In this document: piece by piece, positions 24,746-36,075 of the stretch | How positions within the stretch are numbered: position 1 is the stretch's first letter | Layout: every line of letters starts with the position of its first letter | Notes under the pieces: model-generated | The model's database searches: none | The model's input: only the letters and a program-made list of their open reading frames with translations | What the model was told of the DNA's origin: nothing | NCBI GenBank assembly: GCA_002269645.1 | Contig: NIVC01000677.1 | Coordinates: 248,001-312,000, forward strand | Length of the DNA: 64,000 bases | Origin: Macrostomum lignano | Taxonomy: Eukaryota | Reading direction: 5' to 3' | Position numbers and translations under genes: made by a program

Positions 24746-25388
24746 CTCAGAAGTTAGAGTGAGCTCCAGAAAGTCAACTCAAAATACCGAAAGCATGAAT
24801 GACTTACAACAAAAAACTGTAGACCACTTGGCACAGAAGCATTGCTGAGGAGAATTCGTCTCGGGATTCCAACAAGTGCCAATGCTGGACAGGTTTTATG
24901 CCAGAATTGTGAGCACGCCAACCTGCAAATAATGACTGTGATATGCGAATTGAGCACAGCCAATCAGCCTCGCTGCTGTGCCTATTTAAGCTATTGTTGC
25001 CATTTGTATGGAAATGCTATGATAAGAGGCACCTTACCCCACCCCCATTCGTTATCTTCTGGATGAAGCTTGGTATTTGATTGGCCTAGGCCATAAAAGG
25101 ATTGATGTAGGTCAGTTGAAATATACGAGCTAAATTACACTACAATGGTATAGAGATATATGGTTAGGTCAAGCTGGGGACCCTTTTAGTAACCCAAGCC
25201 CATTTCACCACTTAACTGTCTGTGGTCCAACTTCCTGCTGGAGCGATGTTCAATGCCACTGGTGGGATAAAGACTGAAATTAGAAATATCTAGCTTAAAA
25301 TGTTTCAGAATGAACAATAACAACTTCAGACTTGCTTGCGTTGCACCATAAATTCAAGTCAGTGCCAGTCGGATCCCAGCCCAACAAA

Positions 25389-28300
25389 ATGGCAGTAGCC
25401 AATGGCGGAACCGTAACAGCGGCTGGGGATAGTCGGGACCAGTTGAAGGCGAACTGCTCACCTGAGAAGCCGACAATTCTGTCGCTGCCCTACCAACTGG
25501 CTGGTCGGAGCGCGCTGTTCCGCTGCACCTACGAAGACCAGGTTGGCTACACAGTGGCCCTGCGGCAGCAAGTCGCCTCCGGCACTGTTGTAGGCATGAA
25601 TGCAAACGCGTGAGTCTGCGGCTGAGACGATTGAATCTTTGATTTCTGTAGTTTAATTTCTGTATTAGATCAATATTTGCAAGATCAGAGCCTAGTTACG
25701 GCCCTCACACTGTAACTGGTAATGGTGAAAAACTAAATAAGATCTTGCTTAGATTTTTTGGGCCATAGTACACTCATACAAGTGTTTGGTGGGATTGATG
25801 ATAGTCCTCAGTGTGTGACTGGGGCTGGTGATAGTCCTCAGTGTGTGACTGGGGCTGGTGATAGTCCTCAGTGTGTGACTGGGGGCTGGTGATAGTCCTC
25901 AGTGTGTGAATGGGGGCTGGTGATAGTCCTCAGTGTGTGAATGGAGCAGCTGGTGATAGTCCTCAGTGTGTGAATGGAGCAGCTGGTGATATTCCTCAGT
26001 GTGTGATTGGAGCAGCTGGTAATAGTCCTCAGTGTGTGATTGGGGGCTGGTGATAGTCCTCAGTGTGTGATTGGGGGCTGGTGATAGTCCTCAGTGTGTG
26101 ATTGGGGGCTTGTGATAGTCCTCAGTGTGTGATTGGGGGCTGGTGATAGTCCTCAGTGTGTGATTGGGGGCTTGTGATAGTCCTCAGTGTGCGATTGGGG
26201 GCTGGTGATAGTCCTCAGTGTGTGACTGGAGCTGGTGATAGTCCTCAGTGTGTGACTGGGGCTGGTGATTGTCCTCAGTGTGTGACTGGAGCTGGTGATT
26301 GTCCTCAGTGTGTGATTGGGGGCTGGTGATAGTCCTCAGTGTGCGATTGGGGGCTTGTGATAGTCCTCAGTGTGTGACTGGAGCTGGTGATTGTCCTCAG
26401 TGTGTGACTGGAGCTGGTGATAGTCCTCAGTGTGTGACTGGAGCTGGTGATTGTCCTCAGTGTGTGACTGGAGCTGGTGATTGTCCTCAGTGTGTGACTG
26501 GAGCTGGTGATAGTCCTCAGTGTGTGACTGGGGCTGGTGAGCGGGTCTATGAAATTTGCTAGCGAGGATTTTGCTAGCCGAAATCTGCTAGCAGGAATTT
26601 TGCTAACCAAAACCGGCGATCAGCAATTTACGAAGTTGCAATTTGCTAGAGACAATTTTTCTTGTCCGATTTCGCAAGAAACTTTGCAGGACTTATCATG
26701 CAGGACAAATAAATTTGCGCTTAATTGCTCTAATTACTTTACTTTAGAATTTTTACTATGTACACTGTACCGTAATCGATGGAAAATATCTATACATTTA
26801 CGATACATATAGCTATAGTAAATTGTACTTTGGACATACATGTATCTAGCTATAGATACTGTACACCAACTGTGTGTTACTGTATGCTAAAGCACTTGGA
26901 AATCGACAAAATCATTTATAATTTTTTATCCTACCTCTCATTTTATAGAAGCATAAAATACATGTAAAGAATGTAAACACATGTAATTGCTGTTTTTGAT
27001 GCTGACTTTCCAGCTGTGTTCCCAGCAAAGTTTATCTAGTTGAATTAGCTGTGCATGATTACATGCAATATGCAAATTAAATTTTTATGTAATAATTTTG
27101 CGCATTCAGTGATATACTCCTGGTAACAGTGAAAACTGTGCTTTCGTAGATAATCTTTTTTAGACATTGATAATGTTTTAGCGCTAAAAGCAGGTAGTTC
27201 ACGTAGTTAAATTTAAACATATCTACGAACAACTTTCAGTCTAAATAGCTTGCAGTGGCAGTATAAGTTATATATTTACTCGTACAAATCAAAGGCTAGC
27301 AGATTTCGGCTAGCAGAGTTCGGCAAGCGAATTCCGGCTAGCAAATTTCGTCTAGCAGATTTCGTCTAGCAGATTTCGTCTAGCAGATTTCGTCTAGCAG
27401 ATTTCGTCTAGCAGATTTCGTCTAGCAGATTTCGTCTAGCAGATTTCGTCTAGCAGATTTCGTCTAGCAGATTTCGTCTAGCAGATTTCGTCTAGCAGAT
27501 TTCGTCTAGCAGATTTTGTCTAGCAGACTTCGGCTAGCAGATTTCCTGCTAGCAGATCTCGTACTCCCCTGGTGAGCCTGTCCTGAGTAAAGGTGAGGCA
27601 CTCACAAATGAAGTGAGGGACGGGAACCTGCAGCGCGGGACTTCCGGCAGTGGGGGTCGTTTAGAATAGCCCAGATCGTTTTTTGGATTGGATATAGATC
27701 GGTACAAATGACTACATGTAAGTGAATTTGTACAGCAAAAGCTTCCCGCCCTACTCCCGCAGAATTCATAAACCCATTGAATGTCTCGGCTTCAAAAAAA
27801 TCCAAGAGAACATCGCGGACGCAAAGATTGCTGCAAATGGGCGAAAGCTGAGCATTCTTATTACCAGTACAGGAAACAGCCACCCCCTGCTATGTGAGTG
27901 GCTCTTCCTTCTGTCTCGGTCTCAGCTGGTGTCCTAACTACCTGACCCAGCCTCGCACCTGTCCCTTTTCGCTATCAGCTGGTGTCCCAACTACCTGACC
28001 CAGCCTCGCACCTGTCCCTCTCTGCTATCAGCTGGTGTCCTAACTACTTGATCCAGCCTCGCACCTGTCCCTCTCTGCTATCAGCTGGTGTCCCAACTAC
28101 CTGATCCAGCCTTGCACCTGTCCCTCTTCGCTATCAGCTGGTGTCCCAACTACCTGACCCAGCCTCGCACCTGTCCCTCTCCGCTATCAGCTGGTGTCCC
28201 AACGACCTGACCCAGCCTCGCACCTGTCCCTCTCCGCTATCAGCTGGTGTCCCAACGACCTGACCCAGCCTCGCACCTGTCCCTCTCCGCTATCAGCTGG

Positions 28301-30957
28301 TGTCCCAACTACTTGATCCAGCCTCGCACCTGTCCCTCTCCGCTATCAGCTGGTGTCCCAACTACTTGACCCAGCCTCGCACCTGTCCCTCTCCGCTATC
28401 AGCTGGTGTCCCAACTACCTGATCCAGCCTCGCACCTGTCCCTCTTCGCTATCAGACGGTCCAAGCTACCTGACACTCCGGCCGTACACCAACCGGATGT
28501 ACCAGATGTGCAGCAAGTGGCGCCTGGTGATCTCATTGCGCCACGCAGAGGAACAAATGCGACAGCGGGGCACCAGCTTCCTCACTGGATCCGGTGCCGT
28601 CTTCAGCCACGAGGAGTTCACGCCGTTTACAGTTTGCATGGCAAATCCGAATCTGGAGTCTGTGCTAGGTAATCAAGGCTCGCAGGACTCGGCACTTTAT
28701 TTCTGTTTAGCGCGGCCCTACTTTTGAGGAAAAAGTATTAAGATCATAGAACAATTATTGTAATATTGTTTAGAAAAGAAAGAATACTTCACAGCTCTCA
28801 ATATTTGCTACCATTCTTCTGCATGAGTGCTCTCAACACTCGTTATTTACATTTCAGCCGTTCATCCAGGCAGATATCTGGCTAAACCAGTCGGGTAAGA
28901 GCCCTATCGTTATTCACGTTCCCAGCGAACTAAACATTTTGTCACAAAAAACTCTGCTAAGCATGCTTCTGACTTGAGTAGTTGGCAATTTTTTCCATGA
29001 TGCTTTTGCAAACTGGCTGAGGGCAAGTAAAAAATCCTCAACGGGAGCTGGGGCACTTTAGTGGATTAGTTACGCTCGTATTTGGCTTTAGTGCAGCGTT
29101 TGGGTGCAGTAGACACGCACTTATCGGCAGCACTGCCCGCCTCTAAGCACCAAGCCTGAATCTGATAAAGCATCCAAGTCACGAGAGTTTGCGCTCTACC
29201 CGTGGCTAAGCGCCGTCAATTTCAGCGGCAGCATGGGCGACAAGATGCAGCTGGTTAAGATCAGACGGGACCACGTCCGGGAAGACCTGCTCAACTTTTT
29301 GACCAACAGCGAGTTTCAGAAGATGTCCAGCGCTCAGGTTATTATGCAGCAGTACATTGAGCGGCCGCTGGTGGCCGACAAGCGCAAGTTCGACCTGAGA
29401 GTCTACATGCTGGTGGTCAATCCCAAGCGGGCCAGGACCGATCCATCTGGCTGCACTGAGGGTGAGTGCTGAGTGCCCAGTCTGAAGCCTCTATCTTTTA
29501 GCGTTAAAATGCTCCTGAAATTTCATTGCCATCCTACTGTGTGTCTGCCATGGTAGAAATCTACTGGCCTGTTCCGCACAGAAAATATATTGGTTGTTGG
29601 ATTGGCATTAATCTGTGAGACGCTCATTAGGTTAAGTGCTGGGTATTTTTTACCCGACTCTATATTTTTAGTCTGTACTTCCCTCAAGGCTGATGATGAG
29701 ACCAGAGATACTTTCGGAATGGATGCGAACTCGCGTTCACACCGTCATCAATAGAGCCATCGAAAAGCGCATGATTGATTTACAAAGGGACGAAAGTACA
29801 TGTACGTATGTACATCACGCAAAATCAACCTTATACGAGCTATTTAAATGGTGTGAATGGGACTTAAATTTTTGGAGCAAAATATCGAAAAATTTTGTGG
29901 AGTTTCGTGTGCATGCACTCAAAGGGCGTCGCCATGCACCGAGGGCAGGGGGGACGGACATGCCAGTGCTTTGTCCCCCCCCCCACCAAACCTCGTGACC
30001 CATTATGGAAATCAATAACTTTGCTTCAGGGCGACAAAATATAGTGCCTGTGGCGCCAAAATGAGTGTCTGCGGCGCCAAAATGAGTGCCTGCGGCGCTA
30101 AAATGAGTGTCTGCGGCGCCAAATGAGCGCTGACAACGCCTATTCTGGAAATAATGTACACCACCAAAAAATCCATGGCGACGCCCCCGCATGCACTGCT
30201 GAGCTGTGTAAACTCGGGTTGCATCGTTTCGAGAAATCTCGATACACTGCAAAGTGGATTCTGTAGCATTACCGATGAATTTAACTACGAGCGTATTTGC
30301 ATTGCATGTACCTTGAAACCAATAATCGCTTGTAAATAACTTTTTGCAGACTGCGAGATGGGCTACTTTGTGTTCATGCACCCGGGCTTCGTGCGGCTCA
30401 GCTCGCTGCCCTACAATGCCGCCTCGCCGGACCTGGCCGTCCACCTCACCAACCAGAGCGTGCAGGCCAAGCAGACCAGAACGTTCGGCCAGCTCAAGGA
30501 GGTCACCACCTGGTTTCCGGACGAGCTCAATGACTACTTCAACAAGCGGCACCGGCTGCGGGATCGCGACTGGGCCAAGCGGGAGCTGTACCCGAAGATC
30601 GGCGCCCTGCTGGGCTACGTGTCGGCCGTGTTCCGCTACTTCCTCGACGATCGCGACTGTCCGAGCAACGCGTTTCGCATCCTCGGCGTCGACTTTCTGA
30701 TTGACGACGAGCTCCGAGTCTACCTGCTGGAGTTCAACGCCTACCCGGCCTGGGGCTGCCAGACCTCCGTGCTTGCCGCGCTGAAGCCCAGCCTGTGGCG
30801 CGAGGCCGTCTGCCTGTCCAGCGAGGTGGCGATTCGCTTCCGGAGCCGCCTGCCGGTGGCCGAGCAGCACCTGGTCACCAGGCAGGACTTCGGCCTGGTG
30901 TTCAGCTCCGAGGAGCCGGAACTGGCCCGGCGAAATATTGCTAAGATTTACAAATGA
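25389..30957 (+). CDS. TTLL10: Tubulin tyrosine ligase-like protein, TTLL10-type glycylase
   Basis: Well-supported exons: 27763-27893, 28456-28668, 28858-28894 (YLAKPVG), 29226-29461 (QQYIERPLVADKRKFDLRVY) and 30350-30957 (GFVRL, HLTNQSVQ, FRILGVDFLID, LLEFNAYPA), all phase-compatible. The 5' exons (~25389-25608, ~27614-27721 with FWIG) are tentative. Confidence 0.85.
25798..26540. repeat. 30-bp intronic minisatellite (gatagtcctcagtgtgtgactggggctggt)n
   Basis: About 24 units. Confidence 0.95.
26543..27568. mobile_element. Non-autonomous foldback Mutator-like element, 1026 bp
   Basis: 9-bp direct repeat CTGGTGAGC at 26534-26542 and 27569-27577. GGG...CCC termini and imperfect TIRs built of 14-bp (agatttcgtctagc) subrepeats; AT-rich non-coding interior. 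Confidence 0.85.
27915..28455. repeat. 53-bp intronic minisatellite containing acceptor-like sequence
   Basis: About 10 units, each with ctctccgctatcAG; the last unit supplies the real TTLL acceptor. Confidence 0.93.
29920..30189. mobile_element. hAT-type MITE, 270 bp
   Basis: TIRs caaagggcgtcgccatg / catggcgacgcccccg; 8-bp TSD CATGCACT at 29912-29919 and 30190-30197; internal 21-bp repeats. Confidence 0.8.
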
Positions 30958-32499
30958 GATAAAGAAACGAATTTCATTTATTACCGCATCCATGCCGTGC
31001 CTTTCATTTAAATTGATGTGAAAATGCCTTTAAATATCCTCAGATGCCAGCTTTTACAGTTTGGAGCAATGCAAGCTGCATGAAATGCCGAGAATGTTTT
31101 TGCAAGTCGCCTTGATGTCAATTTTGTGGTGCAGTGAATAACTGTAGAGCTGTAAAAATTGTATTATTGGTAAGACTCTGAAATACTAATTTATGATCCA
31201 CTTTTTGGATACTGCGTTGAATACACATATGTAATAATTTGTATTGAACACATGTACTCACATGCAGTACTGAATGTATGGAAGCAGAATATTTTTGTCT
31301 CTCAATTTTGTCAACTAAAAACCTGTAATATATACGGCCTTACTGTAGTAGCTAAACTTTAAGCTAAAACGAGATGCTTTCGGACATCGTCTTAACTCTT
31401 AATCAATCAATATACGAGCGTATATATGATTTTGTTATGTCAGCAGTGATTTGCATGATTCTCTACAAGAAGTAGCTCGTATAAAGAGCAGTGCGCTGTT
31501 TGGTTAATACGCTCGTAGCTAAGCGTTGCTTAACCATTCACGGACTGTGTCGTTTATATGTCGTCACTGAAAGTTACAAGTCACGCTAAGAATATACGTA
31601 GTGTACTACGCGGTAATAATTGGAGAGAGAGAAGGCTCCGCATCTTAGCCCTTATGGCAAGTACATAAACTACAAGTGCACATGTACATTAGGATTAATT
31701 AAACTAAGAAAAAACATGTATTTACGGCTCTCATTACATTTACACTCCGATGCTACTTTAACTGTATGGCGCGCATTACGCGGCTAGAGCGACTTATAGC
31801 TGCATGAAAAAAAACACACTACTACAAGTACATGAGTGTACTTGCAAAATCTTATCAACAGTGTATGGATCAGTATAACAGTAGTGGCGGTGAGAAACAG
31901 TGAAGTTAGTTTTTTGGTAGAGCAGTGAATGAATGCGTCTTAATTATTCCGGATGGGAGCCTAGTCGGGGCCCAAAACATGTAAAAAATTATCACTGATG
32001 GCCTGCGAACTGAGGGTGCAGCATCTAAGTGACACTTACACAGTGCAAAAATATCCCTCCTGAGAGATAAATTAGGGGTCTGCAGGCGGCCAGCTGGCTG
32101 TGGGACCCGCGGGCCAGTGGCCTAACTTTTAGGGCTCTCTGGAGGATGCACCGATGAAGCAATAGGGTCCAAAACCGGCTTCCGCAACTCCGACGGCGCG
32201 AGGCTCGGAGGCTGTAGAAGCGTATAGGCCTCTCTGGCAGAAGTGATCGAAAAGACTAAAATTACTGAAAATAGTTTTTAGTTATATTTCTTTTTTTAAA
32301 CTGGTAGAAACAAAGTTCAGGCGGTGGTACTTTAATTTTTTTTGTAAAACCTATCAGTTTTGAACATTTGTTTCTTTAAAGCAAGCTTTTGTGCAATTTT
32401 AATTTAAAGAACTTTTGATATTTTTGCTGATCGATCATCGATCATGCTCTATTTATGAATTTGCCGACAGCTTTACGTGGGTACGTCGTCACGATGCCA

Positions 32500-35300
32500 A
32501 GTTGCAGGGCTAGGGCAATCTGGCTTTGGCATGTCTGGTTTTTATGCTACAATAGGCCCCTAGACCTTGCCAAAGCCTAGTATTGTGTTAATGTGTTAAT
32601 GTTTTAAAGCCAGATGTGTTAATAATTAAGCCAGGACTAAGAAAGACTGAAAGAGAGGAATAATTTTTTATCATCTTCAAGTTATAGGCCTAGCTGTCCA
32701 CAATCAAAACTGGTGTGTTACCGCTCAGTTAAATACAAGATACGCGGCAAAAAGTAGGGTAGGCCTTGCCCCAAGGCCAAATTCCAAAATAGCATAACTA
32801 GCTACATAAGGGGATTACGAGTAGGCCTACAGTGATAACAGTCCATTGACTAGGTCTATAGCTAGCTATAGGTCTAGGCTAGGCCTACTATATGCTAGGC
32901 CCTATGTCAATGACAGTGGCACACAAAGATAGGCCCCTAGTTCGTCAAGCCATAAGCCATACTCCATAGTCTCCACAGACCATACCTTAGCGATAGACCT
33001 AAGAATAGAGCCATAGAGTCAAGGACATAGGCCTAGCATAGTCTCTAGGCTTAGCACTAATTGCCAAATATAAGGCCTAAGCAGAGAAGCCTCTGGATTT
33101 TTTGCTAGTGCTAAAATGCAAAATTGCATTCAGGGTCTAATTTCAAGATATGATTTGGAAACTGGAAAGTTAGGATATTATATAGCATCTCTAGGCTAGG
33201 CCTAGTAGTGGTAGTAGACCCTACTAGAATATAGCCTGGGGTTTTTTTGCTGGCACTAAGATAGGATACAAAATTGTATCCAAGGTCTAATTTAAAAATG
33301 CAATTTTAAAATATTAGACCCTAGCTATCACAATCTATATATTATGTTTTCTATTAAATATAAATATATAAAGGCAACTGCCAACTAAGAAAAGAACTAT
33401 ATTATAGCTTTCTACTATATATTATTATTATTTGTAGTAATATTTTAAATAAAATTATATTTAGAAGTAGAAAGTATTTCTTAATTGCTTAAATTTAACT
33501 ATCTCATCTATATCTAAGAATAAGATATTAATAGGCCTAGCCTATCCTTTAATAACTTTGATATCAGAGCTTCTAGGCCTACATGCTTAAGCGCAACCTA
33601 GGGATTCACCTGTCTATTTCTATTGGCAACACATACATGTAAGTTGCTATTGGACAGAATAGTAATCATGTGACTGCTCTCAGCCTATAATGACTTACAT
33701 ATATATATATTGCCAATAGAAATGGCAAAGTGATTCCTAAAGTTGCATATGTATATAGGAATAGGCCTATATTTAATTTTAACAATAGCTAGCCTGATCT
33801 TATTTCATATATCAATGAATTTAAAATAAAAATTTATTTAGGCATAACTTTATACTTGCCTTGCCTATACTTATTATCTATATTCTAGAAAGCCATATAT
33901 CATGATAGAAAATTCAAACATGCATTTTATTTGGCTAAATATATTGGTATACATTGCTATACTAGAGGGCCAGTGGATACTCTAGATCATATAGTATATG
34001 CCCAAAAAATTAGGTGTGCATTGGCCTTGCATGCCAAAAGTAAGTGTGCAAAGTTAGTATATATCATTCCTAAGAAAATAGTGTAAGTATTAAAGTATAT
34101 ACCTGATATGCACTTCAAAGAATCACATGGAAAAGTTATTGTAAAGTAGAAAAAAGGATGAAAATAGGTTTATTTTTAGCATAAATTTCTAGGCTTCCAG
34201 GTTTTGAAGCTCATAATAAAGCATTTAAACAAATCTTTGCATATATTAATTTTCCACTGTAAATGGTATTGTCAAAAAAGCAAAAAATGAACCAAGTCAT
34301 TTGCCAAAAAGGTTTATTATGCAATTCAAAAAAGGTCATTTATTGTCATAATGTAAAAGTGTCATTTATTGTCACAATGTAAAAAAGGTCATTTATTGTT
34401 GCAATACTGGCATAGTTTTGAGAATAGGCATATACTCAATTTTTTTTAGCGTGCATTTGTAATTATCAATTTTTGTTTAGGTGTGCATCTAGGCCTAGCA
34501 TGATCTGGACTATGGTATAAGGGTTGATAGTCATTTTATCTATTGACAATTTGTTTGCTACAAAATATTAAATTTGAAGTCAATGTTATAATATTATAAT
34601 AAGATAGTAATTAAATAACAAAATCATTTGTGCTCAACTAATGTCAACTGCTTGTGCTCAACTAATGTTAGGCTATTAGAGATATGACATAAGCATATAT
34701 AAAAGTAATAATTCCTATATTTTTTATTTATATTCAATTAATAATTACTTATCTATCTGTTTATCATTTATAGAATACATACATGGGCAACAGTTGGCCG
34801 AGTCGGCCAATCTAGCTGACCAATTTGGCAGCCAATCAAGGAAGTCACAAAAATGCCCACCCAAAAAATATCAAAGTAGTAGTACTAAGTAGCTGACAAG
34901 GCATTTTGACTTAATAAGACAGTCATAGTTACTCTTGCTAAAATCTTTTTCTTATTAGATATTTAAATATTATATAATAGGTTATCATATTTCTCTGAAA
35001 TATTATAACAAACAAGGTACAGATACAAACATGTTATCTCACCATAAATTTTTATTTGACTTATAAATCTCATGAAAAAAGCTTTATAATATATGCAGCT
35101 AAATTTAATTTTTTTAAAGTTTTTTTGCTAGCAGACAAAATGACTATGCACTTGCATTGGTATACATTTGGTAACATTAAATTACCAAATTAGGTATTAA
35201 ATTAGGTATACATTAAATTATTGTCAATATAAAAACTTATAGAAAGGAAAACAATAGTATGCATAGTGTATAGTTGGCAAGCATAGTGTGCAGTAGGTGT
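32500..35300. other. AT-rich, CpG-depleted non-coding domain with clustered TAGGCCTA palindromes
   Basis: Hand count: 4 CpG in 33001-35280 and nine exact TAGGCCTA in ~32685-34500. No ORF of 60 aa or more in the ORF track. Confidence 0.8.
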
Positions 35301-35311
35301 GCAGACAAAAC

Positions 35312-35830
35312 GTCTCAGCAACTCCCCCATAAGCTTAGGCATTTCAGCAACTCCCCCATAAGCTTAGGCATCTCAGCAACTCCCCCATAAGCTTAGGCAT
35401 CTCAGCAACTCCCCCATAAGCTTAGGCATCTCAGCAACTCCCCCATAAGCTTAGGCATCTCAGCAACTCCCCCATAAGCTTAGGCATCTCAGCAACTCCC
35501 CCATAAGCTTAGGCATCTCAGCAACTCCCCCATAAGCTTAGGCATTTCAGCAACTCCCCCATAAGCTTAGGCATCTCAGCAACTCCCTCATAAGCTTAGG
35601 CATCTCAGCAACTCCCCTATAAGCTTAGGCATCTCAGCAACTCCCCTATAAGCTTAGGCATCTCAGCAACTCCCCCATAAGCTTAGGCATCTCAGCAACT
35701 CCCCCATAAGCTTAGGCATCTCAGCAACTCCCCCCATAAGCTTAGGCATCCCAGCAACCCCATAAGCCTAGCCATCTCAGCAACTCCCCCATAAGCTTAG
35801 ATATCACTTCCATGAGCCTCGGCATCTCAG
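35312..35830. repeat. 29-bp minisatellite (ctcagcaactcccccataagcttaggcat)n
   Basis: About 16 units plus degenerate 3' units. Confidence 0.95.
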
Positions 35831-36024
35831 CAGCTCCCTCGTGACAACTCATAACTTTGTAAAATAGTATGTAGCGTAAGATTATATCTATCCTATACAA
35901 TGTTTCTCTTCTAATAAATTTATTGTTTTGAATACTCGTACATAAATTTAGATCTCTATGCATGTAAATAAACTATATTCATGCAGTGTATTGAAGTTAA
36001 AGCAATAATCCCTCAGCCTCAAAA

Positions 36025-36039
36025 ATGCAGCAACAACAA

Positions 36040-36075
<36 letters not shown>

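Noticed and set aside
25798-28455. CRISPR-like appearance of 30-53-bp repeats
   Set aside because: Units are directly adjacent with no unique spacers, there are no cas genes, and the context is eukaryotic introns. The same applies to the other arrays.
29693-29860. Protein-like ORF inside a TTLL10 intron
   Set aside because: Its acceptor phase does not fit the upstream phase-1 donor, the flanking exons join cleanly without it, and no domain is recognised.
29815-30993. 392-aa minus-strand ORF
   Set aside because: Antisense shadow of the GC-rich TTLL10 last exon, extended through the MITE.
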